From Dehalococcoidia bacterium (GTDB lineage: Bacteria; Chloroflexota; Dehalococcoidia; Lucifugimonadales; UBA3495), in NCBI GenBank assembly GCA_965203835.1, contig OZ241919.1, forward strand, positions 596,188 to 660,187: DNA of 64,000 nucleotides, given 5' to 3'. The notes beneath the pieces were generated by a model. It saw only the letters and a program-made list of their open reading frames with translations, had not been told where the DNA came from and searched no databases. Position numbers and translations under genes: made by a program. Shown one piece after another: positions 33,691 through 41,665 of the stretch; within the stretch, counting starts at the first letter, position 1; each line of letters begins with the position of its first letter.

Positions 33691-33719
33691 TTGACACCCC
33701 GAAAGCCAAACTTTAGGAT
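33691..33719 (+). promoter_or_regulatory. Sigma70-like promoter candidate for the NHL gene
   Basis: TTGACA at 33691-33696, 17-nt spacer, TAGGAT at 33714-33719. Confidence 0.45.
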
Positions 33720-33804
33720 AGCCGAGTGTCGGGGCAGTCCGGCAACGCCCCTTTTCCTTTCTGGCATCCAGCATTTAACCGCTACAACAGCGAGGTGATT
33801 TCTA

Positions 33805-34752
33805 ATGGCTGACGAGGTTTACGGGTCTGGCGATTTCCAGTACAAGTTCGTGGAAGACTGGGCCAAGATTCCCGACGGCATGGCCTTCCATGAGTGCCCC
33901 GGCGTGGCCGTCGACTCCCAGGACAACGTTTACGTCCTGACCCGCGGCGAGCACCCCATCATGGTGTTCGACCGGGAAGGCAACTTCATCCGCAGCTTCG
34001 GCGAGGGGCTGTTCAGCAACCGCACCCACGGCCTGTACATAGCCCATGACGATTCCCTTCTTGCTGCCGACGACGGTATCCACACCATCCAGAAGTTCAA
34101 TCCTGAAGGCGACAAGCTGATGGAGATCGGCGAGCGGAACCAGCCCGCCCCGGCTTGGAGCGGACAGGCCTTCAACCGCCCCACCTCCGCCGCCATCATG
34201 CCCAGCAACGGCGACGTCTACGTCTCCGACGGCTACGGCAACTCCCGCATCCACGTATTCACCGGCTCAGGCGAGTACAAGTTCTCCTGGGGCGAACCCG
34301 GTATCGACGCCGGCCAGTTTATCCGACCCCACAACATCGCCGTTGACAGCAACGACCGGGTCTACGTGGTAGACCGCGAGGCTCACCGCATCCAGATTTT
34401 CGACCCCCAAGGCAACTTCATAACCATGTGGAACAACATCCACCGCCCGGACTCCATGGTGCTGTGGCAGGACCATATCTACGTCGGCGAGTTGAACGGC
34501 ATGGGCGGCGTGGACGAGGCTCCGGGGCTGGGCCACCGGGTCACGATTTACGACTTGGAAGGCAACCGGGTCTGCATGTTCGGCACGCCTGAAGAGGGCG
34601 AAGGCCCCGGCCAGTTCATTGCCCCCCACGGCATCGCGGTGGACTCGAAGGGAGACCTCTACGTGGCCGAAGTGTCCTTCACCATTCGCGGCTCCAAGAT
34701 GGACCCGCCCAAGGTGTTGCGGAGCTTCTCCAAGTACGAGCGCCAGTGGTAG
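33805..34752 (+). CDS. NHL-repeat beta-propeller protein (peptidyl-alpha-hydroxyglycine lyase-like)
   Basis: Repeated blades such as NGDVYVSDGYGNSRIHVF, NDRVYVVDREAHRIQIF and KGDLYVAEVS. Confidence 0.8.
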   Translation: MADEVYGSGDFQYKFVEDWAKIPDGMAFHECPGVAVDSQDNVYVLTRGEHPIMVFDREGNFIRSFGEGLFSNRTHGLYIAHDDSLLAADDGIHTIQKFNPEGDKLMEIGERNQPAPAWSGQAFNRPTSAAIMPSNGDVYVSDGYGNSRIHVFTGSGEYKFSWGEPGIDAGQFIRPHNIAVDSNDRVYVVDREAHRIQIFDPQGNFITMWNNIHRPDSMVLWQDHIYVGELNGMGGVDEAPGLGHRVTIYDLEGNRVCMFGTPEEGEGPGQFIAPHGIAVDSKGDLYVAEVSFTIRGSKMDPPKVLRSFSKYERQW

Positions 34753-34804
34753 GCTATAAAGCGACGCCGACGCCGTAATATAACGGTGCGACGATGGTGA
34801 ATAT

Positions 34805-35137
34805 ATGGTAACAGTTGAGGTCTTCGTCGGGGCTTGGCTATCCTTGATCCTTTTGGGCGCCGGAGCTTTCTACTGGGTGATGTCGGAATTCCGGGCGTTG
34901 CGAACGGAAATTCGGGCAACTCGCGAGGAACTGCACCAGGAAATTCGGGCAACTCGCGAGGAACTGCACCAGGAAATCCGGGCAACTCGCGAGGAACTGC
35001 ACCAGGAAATCCGGGAGGAATCTCAAGAACGCCGGTCGGATACCCAGCGCATATTGGAGGCGCTTTATTTCCATCGCCACGATTCCGACGGTGCAGCCAT
35101 ATTCTACCCGCCCACACAGACCCCACAAGCAGACTGA
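34805..35137 (+). CDS. Small membrane-anchored coiled-coil protein with 11-aa repeats
   Basis: N-terminal TM helix followed by EIRATREELHQ x3, encoded by a 33-bp DNA tandem repeat. Confidence 0.55.
   Translation: MVTVEVFVGAWLSLILLGAGAFYWVMSEFRALRTEIRATREELHQEIRATREELHQEIRATREELHQEIREESQERRSDTQRILEALYFHRHDSDGAAIFYPPTQTPQAD
34907..35016. repeat. 33-bp tandem repeat, about 3.3 copies
   Basis: GAAAT(T/C)CGGGCAACTCGCGAGGAACTGCACCAG at 34907, 34940 and 34973, plus a partial fourth copy. Confidence 0.9.
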
Positions 35138-35175
35138 CCTAAGGTAGAGGGAAACCGTACAGGAGTAGCAGACCA

Positions 35176-36234
35176 TTGAGTGACATCGGTGAAACGACTG
35201 CCGTAAGCTGGGACGATGCCCTGGAAGCCATCGAACGTTGCTACGAACTCGGGTGGACCGACGGCCTTCCGGTGGTCCCTCCGACGGAGCAACGGGTGGC
35301 GCAATTCTTGGAACACAGCGGTCGTCCGGCGTCGGAGGTCGTCGGGGAACTACCGGAGCGGCGCAGGGAAATCACCGTGGGCAAAGTGGCCGCCAACGCG
35401 GTTATGGCCGGGTGCCTGCCCGAATACATGCCGGTAGTGCTGACCGCCACTTCCGCAATGCTCGACCCCACCTTCAACCTCATCGGCCCTTCCTCCAGCA
35501 TGGGCGGCGCGGGCATACTGGTCATAGTAAACGGCCCAAAGACCCGGGAGTTGGGCATCAACTCCCGCAACAACCTATTCGGGCCGGGCAACCGGGCCAA
35601 CGCCACCATCGGAAGGGCCATCAGGCTGATCCTGATGAACGCCTGCGCGTCCATCCCCGGCCTGTTCGACCGCAGCGTCATCGGGCATCCGGGCAAGTAC
35701 AGCTATTGCATCGCCGAGGCTGAAGCGGATACCCACTGGAATCCTCTGCACGTAGAGCGGGGATTTGCCGCCGAGCAAAGCACGGTAACGGTGTTTGCAT
35801 CCGAGGGACCACGCCAGGTCCGTGCGGTAGGGCATCCGAACGCAATACTGGATAGCATCGTTGACGCCGCCTCCACCCTGGGAACAAGCATGTCCATGAC
35901 CGGCTCCGTGGGAGACCGGCACGACGATATACGGCAGGGACAGATCGCAGTGACCATTGCCGGCAACTCCAGGCTGTGGCAGGACTGGACCAAGAAACAG
36001 GTGCGGGAGTACCTGCACAACCGCATCCGCCGCTCGGTGGCCGATTTGAAGAGGGTACACGGCTTGCCGGGAGACCTGGAAAGCGGCGACGAAGACAGCT
36101 ATGTATCGTTGATTCCGACCCCGGATGACATACTCTTGGTGTTCGCTGGCGGCGAAGAGTCCAACGCTGCGTCGGTAATACCGAGTTGGGGCCCCAAGAT
36201 AGGCTCCACGGCGGTGACTCACGAGATAAAATAG
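35176..36234 (+). CDS. Conserved hypothetical protein upstream of the UGSC selenoprotein gene
   Basis: 352-aa ORF with a TTG start after AGGAG. No family I can name with confidence. Confidence 0.6.
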   Translation: MSDIGETTAVSWDDALEAIERCYELGWTDGLPVVPPTEQRVAQFLEHSGRPASEVVGELPERRREITVGKVAANAVMAGCLPEYMPVVLTATSAMLDPTFNLIGPSSSMGGAGILVIVNGPKTRELGINSRNNLFGPGNRANATIGRAIRLILMNACASIPGLFDRSVIGHPGKYSYCIAEAEADTHWNPLHVERGFAAEQSTVTVFASEGPRQVRAVGHPNAILDSIVDAASTLGTSMSMTGSVGDRHDDIRQGQIAVTIAGNSRLWQDWTKKQVREYLHNRIRRSVADLKRVHGLPGDLESGDEDSYVSLIPTPDDILLVFAGGEESNAASVIPSWGPKIGSTAVTHEIK

Positions 36235-36308
36235 GTGCCGGTCAACGAATACCCTCCAAGTTGACGGCCCGTCCCAACGTTACCCAAGCAAGGTTTCAGG
36301 AGGTCAAA

Positions 36309-36854
36309 ATGACCCAGACCAATGAGTACACCCTGGTAAATCCCACGACCCAAGCCATAGTGGCCCCATTCGACGGCGCGCCCCGTCTGCCGACCTTGGC
36401 GGGCACCACGGTGGGCATCATCGACGACTGCAAGCCCAACGCCGACGTGCTGCTGGAGGAATTGGTTGAAGTCCTCCGCACCCGGTACGAGATTTCCGAC
36501 GTTCGCTGGCACCGCAAGACCAGCGCCTCCAGGCCCGCGGTGGCCGAGGCAATCAAGGAGTTGGCGGAGAACTGCGACTCGGTGATTGTAGGGGTGGGTG
36601 ATTGAGGGTCCTGCAGTGCGTGCAGTGTGCACGACGGAATTCACGTAGAGAACGCGGGCATCCCTTCAGCCACCATTTGCACCGACCGGTTCATCCCCAC
36701 CGCTGAGGGAATGGCCAAGATGTGGGGCGCTCCCGATTACCCCACGATTTTCACCCAGCATCCCATCGAGAACCTGAACAGGGACCAGATACGCCAGCGG
36801 GCCGAGGACTTGGCCCCCAAGGTGGTCAGCATCCTCATCGGCGACAATCTGTAG
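36309..36854 (+). CDS. UGSC-family selenoprotein (in-frame TGA = Sec at 36603-36605)
   Basis: ORFs 36186..36605 and 36627..36854 are in the same frame with only one TGA between them. Context is GVGD-U-GSCSACS. AGGAGG SD before the ATG at 36309 and none before the GTG at 36627. Hairpin starts 11 nt after the TGA. Confidence 0.7.
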
Positions 36855-36971
36855 ACGGAACATCGTCCTCAAAGAGCTATGTAGGCCCCAATCGTCTGCT
36901 GGGTTGCGGCGGTTGGGGCCACACGTTGCTCATTCAGAAACTACCTCAAGCCATGTCGCGGCGCCCAACCC

Positions 36972-36999
36972 GTCATTCCCGCACAGGCGGGAATCCATA
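36972..36999. repeat. REP-like palindromic element
   Basis: GTCATTCCCGCACAGGCGGGAATCCATA, between convergent genes. Confidence 0.85.
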
Positions 37000-37057
37000 G
37001 ACCTCGGTCAGTGACGCGGGGAGATCAGAGAGACTGATTTGTTTCGAGATGGTCCCT

Positions 37058-37246
37058 TTAGCCCTGTACCCGCATCTCCGGCGGCAACAGGTTGGGTATA
37101 GAGTCGTCAATGGGGTAAGTCTCGTCACACTTGTGGCAAGCCAATCCGCCCCTTATCACGTCGTCGCCCTCTTCCTCCTCCACGCTCAACTCCAGCTCGC
37201 CCTTGCAGACCGGACAGGCCAGTATCTCCATCAGTTCCTTTTTCAA
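37058..37246 (-). CDS. Trm112 family protein
   Basis: 62 aa. LACPVCKG...CHKC zinc-ribbon pattern and IPNLLP tail, typical of Trm112/DUF343. Confidence 0.85.
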   Translation of the reverse strand: MKKELMEILACPVCKGELELSVEEEEGDDVIRGGLACHKCDETYPIDDSIPNLLPPEMRVQG

Positions 37247-37269
37247 ACCGCCTCCAGGAATCCGTCAAC

Positions 37270-37752
37270 TTAACCGGAAAGGCCCCACTCGAACAGGGCG
37301 TCCAACACGTCCGACAGGCCGATTATCAGCACTCCGTAGATTAGTAACGCGGTGGGCCCGGTGAGCCTAGATCGTGCTTTGGCAAACCAGCCGGTCCACG
37401 ACTCCGCGTCTCCGGGATAGACGCCGGGGCGAAGGAACCGCACCACGTAGAACATGTACAAGGCCAGCGCGACCTTGATGACAAGCGCAGCGACGTAAGG
37501 AGCCGTAACCGCGCTGTCGGTAAGCCGGCTTACCGACAGGATAACTCCCGTCAGCAACAATACTGCTATCGCAGTATTGACCACCCCCCGGAACTCCTCG
37601 CCGATGGCCCTGTTAGCCTCCGCGTTGCTATTGGAACGCCGCAACGCCGGTCGCAGCACCAGCAGGTAAAATATGCCGCCGCCCACCCAAGCGACGGCCG
37701 CCAGGGCGTGGGCCCAGCGAATAGCCACCAGAATCCAGTCTAGGACGTTCAT
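37270..37752 (-). CDS. Integral membrane protein (about 4 TM helices)
   Basis: Hydrophobic-helix pattern. Likely start is MNVLDW at 37752. Function unknown. Confidence 0.55.
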   Translation of the reverse strand: MNVLDWILVAIRWAHALAAVAWVGGGIFYLLVLRPALRRSNSNAEANRAIGEEFRGVVNTAIAVLLLTGVILSVSRLTDSAVTAPYVAALVIKVALALYMFYVVRFLRPGVYPGDAESWTGWFAKARSRLTGPTALLIYGVLIIGLSDVLDALFEWGLSG

Positions 37753-37802
37753 AAAGTGTGGGCCGGCTTGCGGCGCCCCAGTATCCAATAGGCAAACATG
37801 GG

Positions 37803-38333
37803 CTAGCCCGTAGGCATCTCACGGATGATGCTGCCGAGCTTTTCCGCGTCCAGGGTGCTTATGTCAGTCCGGTAAATCCTGCCCGACCTGTCAATGAATA
37901 TGCTGGTTGGGTAGTACATTATCTCGTAAGCCCGGGCTATTTCCCCTCGGACATCCGTCGCGAAGTCGTAGGTCAATCCCAACTCCTCTATGAAATCCCT
38001 CGCGTCCTGCTCCGAATCAAATCCCTGGGGCACGAACAAACCGAGAAATCGTATATCGTCGCCCTGCACTCGCTCCCACGCCCTCTGAAATCCGGGCATC
38101 TCCGCCCGGCAGGGAGGGCAGGACGGGAACCAGAAGTTGAGGACTACCGCCCGTTGACCGGCGTCGTCGGATAACCGGAAGGGACTGCCGTCGAACAGCG
38201 TAACCTCGAAATCAGGTGTTTGCGACCACGTCCTTTCAATAAAGCCACATGACGTGGTCAACATCCCAACACACAGAAGGACTCCCCACAAGGCGGGATG
38301 AAAGCTTGCTTTGAAGTGGGACCACCGTAACAT
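37803..38333 (-). CDS. TlpA-like thiol:disulfide oxidoreductase (thioredoxin fold)
   Basis: N-terminal membrane anchor. Redox motif FWFPSCPPCRAEMP. Confidence 0.85.
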   Translation of the reverse strand: MLRWSHFKASFHPALWGVLLCVGMLTTSCGFIERTWSQTPDFEVTLFDGSPFRLSDDAGQRAVVLNFWFPSCPPCRAEMPGFQRAWERVQGDDIRFLGLFVPQGFDSEQDARDFIEELGLTYDFATDVRGEIARAYEIMYYPTSIFIDRSGRIYRTDISTLDAEKLGSIIREMPTG

Positions 38334-38419
38334 CAGAATTACCGTACAACAGCGTTAACGCTCCGGGGTCATTCTATAGGTCACGAATAGCGGCGGCAAT
38401 CCGACGCATTCCCGCAACC

Positions 38420-38447
38420 TTGACGGGTCAAACCCAGCCCGTATAAT
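38420..38447 (+). promoter_or_regulatory. Sigma70-like promoter candidate for the tandem SDR genes
   Basis: TTGACG at 38420-38425, 16-nt spacer, perfect TATAAT at 38442-38447. Confidence 0.55.
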
Positions 38448-38476
38448 CGTCACATTGCAGCGCGGGAGGCAGTGGA

Positions 38477-39229
38477 ATGCGTTTGGAGAATAAAGTGGCG
38501 TTCATCAGCGGCGGGGCCAGGGGCATGGGCGCCGTCGAAGCCAAGCTGTTCAGCAGCGAAGGCGCCAAGGTGGTTATCGGCGACATTCTGAACGAAGACG
38601 GCCGGCGCACCGAGGCCGAGATCAACGAGGCTGGCGGCGAGTGCCTCTTCGTTCACTTGGATGTAACCAGCGAGTCTAGTTGGCAGGAAGCCATAGCTGC
38701 TGCCGTGGGTCGGTTCGGCAAGCTGGACGTGCTGGTCAACAACGCCGGCATCTTCCGCACCGAGGGCGTCCTGGAGACCAGCGAGGCCCTGTGGGACGAG
38801 ATGCTGGAAATCAACGGAAAGGGCGTATTCCTGGGCACAAAGTGCGCCATCCCGGAAATGCGCAAGGCCGGCGGCGGCTCCATTATCAACATCTCATCCG
38901 TGGCAGGCTTGGTGGGAGGGCCGGGATCGGCAGCCTACAGGACCTCCAAGGGCGCGGTGCGCTTGTTTACCAAGGCGACCGCAATCCAGTATGCCGGAGA
39001 GGGCATCCGGGCCAACTCGGTGCATCCCGGCATCATCGAAACACCCATGACCACTCCCAACCTTCTGGCGGATGAGGCCGCCCGGCAGCGGGCCATCGCC
39101 CGTGCTCCCTTGGGCAGGTACGGTCAGCCGGAAGACGTGGCCTATGGAGTACTGTACTTGGCCAGTGACGAATCTTCTTTCGTCACCGGCAGCGAACTGG
39201 TGATTGACGGCGGCGTTACTGCCCAATAG
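38477..39229 (+). CDS. SDR family oxidoreductase (copy 1)
   Basis: GGARGMG cofactor motif, NNAG, and the S...YxxxK catalytic pattern (AAYRTSKGA). Confidence 0.9.
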   Translation: MRLENKVAFISGGARGMGAVEAKLFSSEGAKVVIGDILNEDGRRTEAEINEAGGECLFVHLDVTSESSWQEAIAAAVGRFGKLDVLVNNAGIFRTEGVLETSEALWDEMLEINGKGVFLGTKCAIPEMRKAGGGSIINISSVAGLVGGPGSAAYRTSKGAVRLFTKATAIQYAGEGIRANSVHPGIIETPMTTPNLLADEAARQRAIARAPLGRYGQPEDVAYGVLYLASDESSFVTGSELVIDGGVTAQ

Positions 39230-39269
39230 GGGCCGTACAGAGTCGTCATCTACGGCATGGAGGCCGGAT

Positions 39270-40016
39270 ATGCGCTTGGAGAATAAGGTTGCTTTCATCA
39301 GCGGCGGCGCCCGGGGGATGGGCGCGGTGGAAGCCAAGCTCTTCGCCCAGGAGGGCGCCAGGGTCGTCATTGGAGACATCCTGGATGAGGAGGGCCGCAA
39401 GACCGAAGCCGAGATTAACGAGGCGGGCGGTGAGTGCTTGTTCGTTCACTTGGACGTGACCAGTGAGGCCGAGTGGCAGCAGGCCATCGACGCCACCGTT
39501 GCCAGGTTCGGCAATCTGGACATACTGGTCAACAACGCCGGAATCTTCCGCAGCGAACGGGTGGAGGAGATAAGCGGCGAGTTGTGGGACCAAGTGATGG
39601 AGATCAACGTCAAGGGCGTGTTCCTGGGGACCAAGGCCGCTATCCCCGAGATGCGCAAGGCCGGAGGCGGCTCCATAATCAACATCTCCTCCGTTGCCGG
39701 TCTCATAGGAGACGTTATCTCGGCGGCATACACCAGTTCCAAAGGGGCGGTCAGGTTGTTCACCAAGTCTACCGCCATTCAATACGCGCCCGACGGCATC
39801 CGGGCCAACTCCATCCACCCCGGCACCATCGACACGCCTATGACTGCCGAAATGCTGCTCGGCTGGTACCGCGACGACCGCATCAACCGCACGCCCCTGC
39901 GCCGCATAGGCACAGCCGAGGACGTGGCCTACGGCGCCCTGTACCTGGCTTCCGACGAGGCTTCCTTCGTCACTGGCGCCGAACTGGTTATAGACGGCGG
40001 GCGGACGGCCGAATAG
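39270..40016 (+). CDS. SDR family oxidoreductase (copy 2, tandem paralog)
   Basis: Same motifs as copy 1. The N-terminal 25 residues are identical to copy 1 and similarity is high throughout. Confidence 0.9.
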   Translation: MRLENKVAFISGGARGMGAVEAKLFAQEGARVVIGDILDEEGRKTEAEINEAGGECLFVHLDVTSEAEWQQAIDATVARFGNLDILVNNAGIFRSERVEEISGELWDQVMEINVKGVFLGTKAAIPEMRKAGGGSIINISSVAGLIGDVISAAYTSSKGAVRLFTKSTAIQYAPDGIRANSIHPGTIDTPMTAEMLLGWYRDDRINRTPLRRIGTAEDVAYGALYLASDEASFVTGAELVIDGGRTAE

Positions 40017-40041
40017 TCGCCCAAGCGGGAATTGCCCAGAC

Positions 40042-40395
40042 ATGTTGTTCGAAGTAGAGGTAGAGGCCACCGGAAACAGTCCAATGGACCTCAACAGGGT
40101 CTTCGATCTGCTGTCGGAGCCGAAGGCCATCACCCGCGTATTTACTGCGGACCTGTCGGGGCAGGACGCGTGGTGCGAAGTGACCGGCTGGAGCCAAGTT
40201 GGCCCCTGCCCAGCCTACGCAGCATTGTCAGAAGACTCGGGGGAAGGCGTAGTGCTCTTGGTCTACGGCGGGGACGACGGCATACGGCTCAAGCCCGCCG
40301 GTTCCCTTGAGGACTGGGACTTGGCCAACATCAACCAATGGGGCGAGCCGTGCCTGATGCTGGGCAAGGATACCCCGTTGGTGGAAGCGATGTAG
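40042..40395 (+). CDS. Hypothetical protein
   Basis: 117-aa ORF with no recognisable motif. Confidence 0.4.
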   Translation: MLFEVEVEATGNSPMDLNRVFDLLSEPKAITRVFTADLSGQDAWCEVTGWSQVGPCPAYAALSEDSGEGVVLLVYGGDDGIRLKPAGSLEDWDLANINQWGEPCLMLGKDTPLVEAM

Positions 40396-40413
40396 AGAGT
40401 ATTTTGAATCCTC

Positions 40414-41556
40414 TTAACGTTCCGTGAACGACGGCATCACCTCTTCGGCGAACCGGGAAAGCTGGTCGCGGAACTCCGGCCAAGGCATTCCTTCCGGCCA
40501 CTGCAGGACTACATCCTCCAAGCCGGGATATTGCTCCTCCACCTCACGCAGAAACTCCACGAATCCGCTTGACGGGCCGCAATACCACACCTTTTGCTCC
40601 ACGCCCTCCTCGATGGTGGGCACGCGGGAAGGCGCACCGGGAGTGCCCCAAGCGCGGCCTTCGGAGTCGGTGTACCGCACGAAGCCGAAGGGAGCGAACC
40701 ACTTGTAACGTTCATCGTGGTAAGGCCGGACGGAGTCGATGGCCTTCTGCTGGGTGTCGGCGATATAGTACCCGAACCCCAAGGCCATGTCCTGTCCCAA
40801 AGCCAGTTCCCGGCCTGCCTCGGCGGCGATGCCCTGGTACTGACGGAAAAGCTGGTCCACCAGCAAACGGCCGCTGAGGGCCACCATGCCCTTGATGCCA
40901 TTGCGGGCGATGTACTCCAGCGTGCGACCGCTGGCGATGGGCTGCCAGATTTCTACAGGCAGGTTCACCGGCCGCGGGACCATTGTCACGTCCTCGAGTT
41001 GATAGCCCCTGTAGGGGACGTCGGGGGGAATGTTGTAGTACTTTCCGTGGTGGTTGAAGGACTCTTCGTTGAAGGCCTTGAAGATAACCTCCATCTGCTC
41101 TTCGAACAACTCTTTGTTGGCGTCGTTGTCGATGACAGGAAAACCGAATGTCTCCACCTCCCGCGAGTGGTAACCCCGGCCAACACCGAATATCAAGCGC
41201 CCGCCGGTCATTATGTCCGCCATTGCGAAGTCCTCGGCCAAGCGGAGGGGGTGCCACATGGGGACAATGTTGAACGCAGAGCCGAATTTCAGCCGCTTGG
41301 TCAGGCCCGCGAGGTGTACGCCCAGGAGGATCAAGTTGGGAAAACACTCGTAGCCTTCCCTCTGGAAGTGGTGCTCCGCAGTCCACATGCAATAGTAGCC
41401 AAGCTCATCCATGTGCTTGGCCAATCCTTCAGCGTTTTCGTACGCTTGGACCAACCGTTCGTTGGGATACCTGCGCTGGTCGGCGGGAGTCCCGTCCAAG
41501 CCAGTGTTTTCCAAGTCTATTTGACCGACGTACAGCACTGAAAACCGTTTGATCAT
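40414..41556 (-). CDS. LLM-class (luciferase-like) flavin-dependent oxidoreductase
   Basis: 380 aa with blocks WTAEHHF and GRLIFGVGRGY, typical of the family. Confidence 0.85.
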   Translation of the reverse strand: MIKRFSVLYVGQIDLENTGLDGTPADQRRYPNERLVQAYENAEGLAKHMDELGYYCMWTAEHHFQREGYECFPNLILLGVHLAGLTKRLKFGSAFNIVPMWHPLRLAEDFAMADIMTGGRLIFGVGRGYHSREVETFGFPVIDNDANKELFEEQMEVIFKAFNEESFNHHGKYYNIPPDVPYRGYQLEDVTMVPRPVNLPVEIWQPIASGRTLEYIARNGIKGMVALSGRLLVDQLFRQYQGIAAEAGRELALGQDMALGFGYYIADTQQKAIDSVRPYHDERYKWFAPFGFVRYTDSEGRAWGTPGAPSRVPTIEEGVEQKVWYCGPSSGFVEFLREVEEQYPGLEDVVLQWPEGMPWPEFRDQLSRFAEEVMPSFTER

Positions 41557-41642
41557 ATCGCGAGACTCCCCTTAATTTCACTGTGATTTTCGCCCGGCCA
41601 AGGCTCGAATCTCAGTCCGACCCTCGGCCTGAAAGCGGCCAT

Positions 41643-41651
41643 ATTATAGCA
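41643..41651 (-). promoter_or_regulatory. Extended -10 promoter candidate (TGCTATAAT) for the LLM gene
   Basis: The minus strand reads TGCTATAAT about 85 nt upstream of the ATG at 41556. No good -35 box. Confidence 0.45.
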
Positions 41652-41665
41652 TGGGGCATTTCTGC

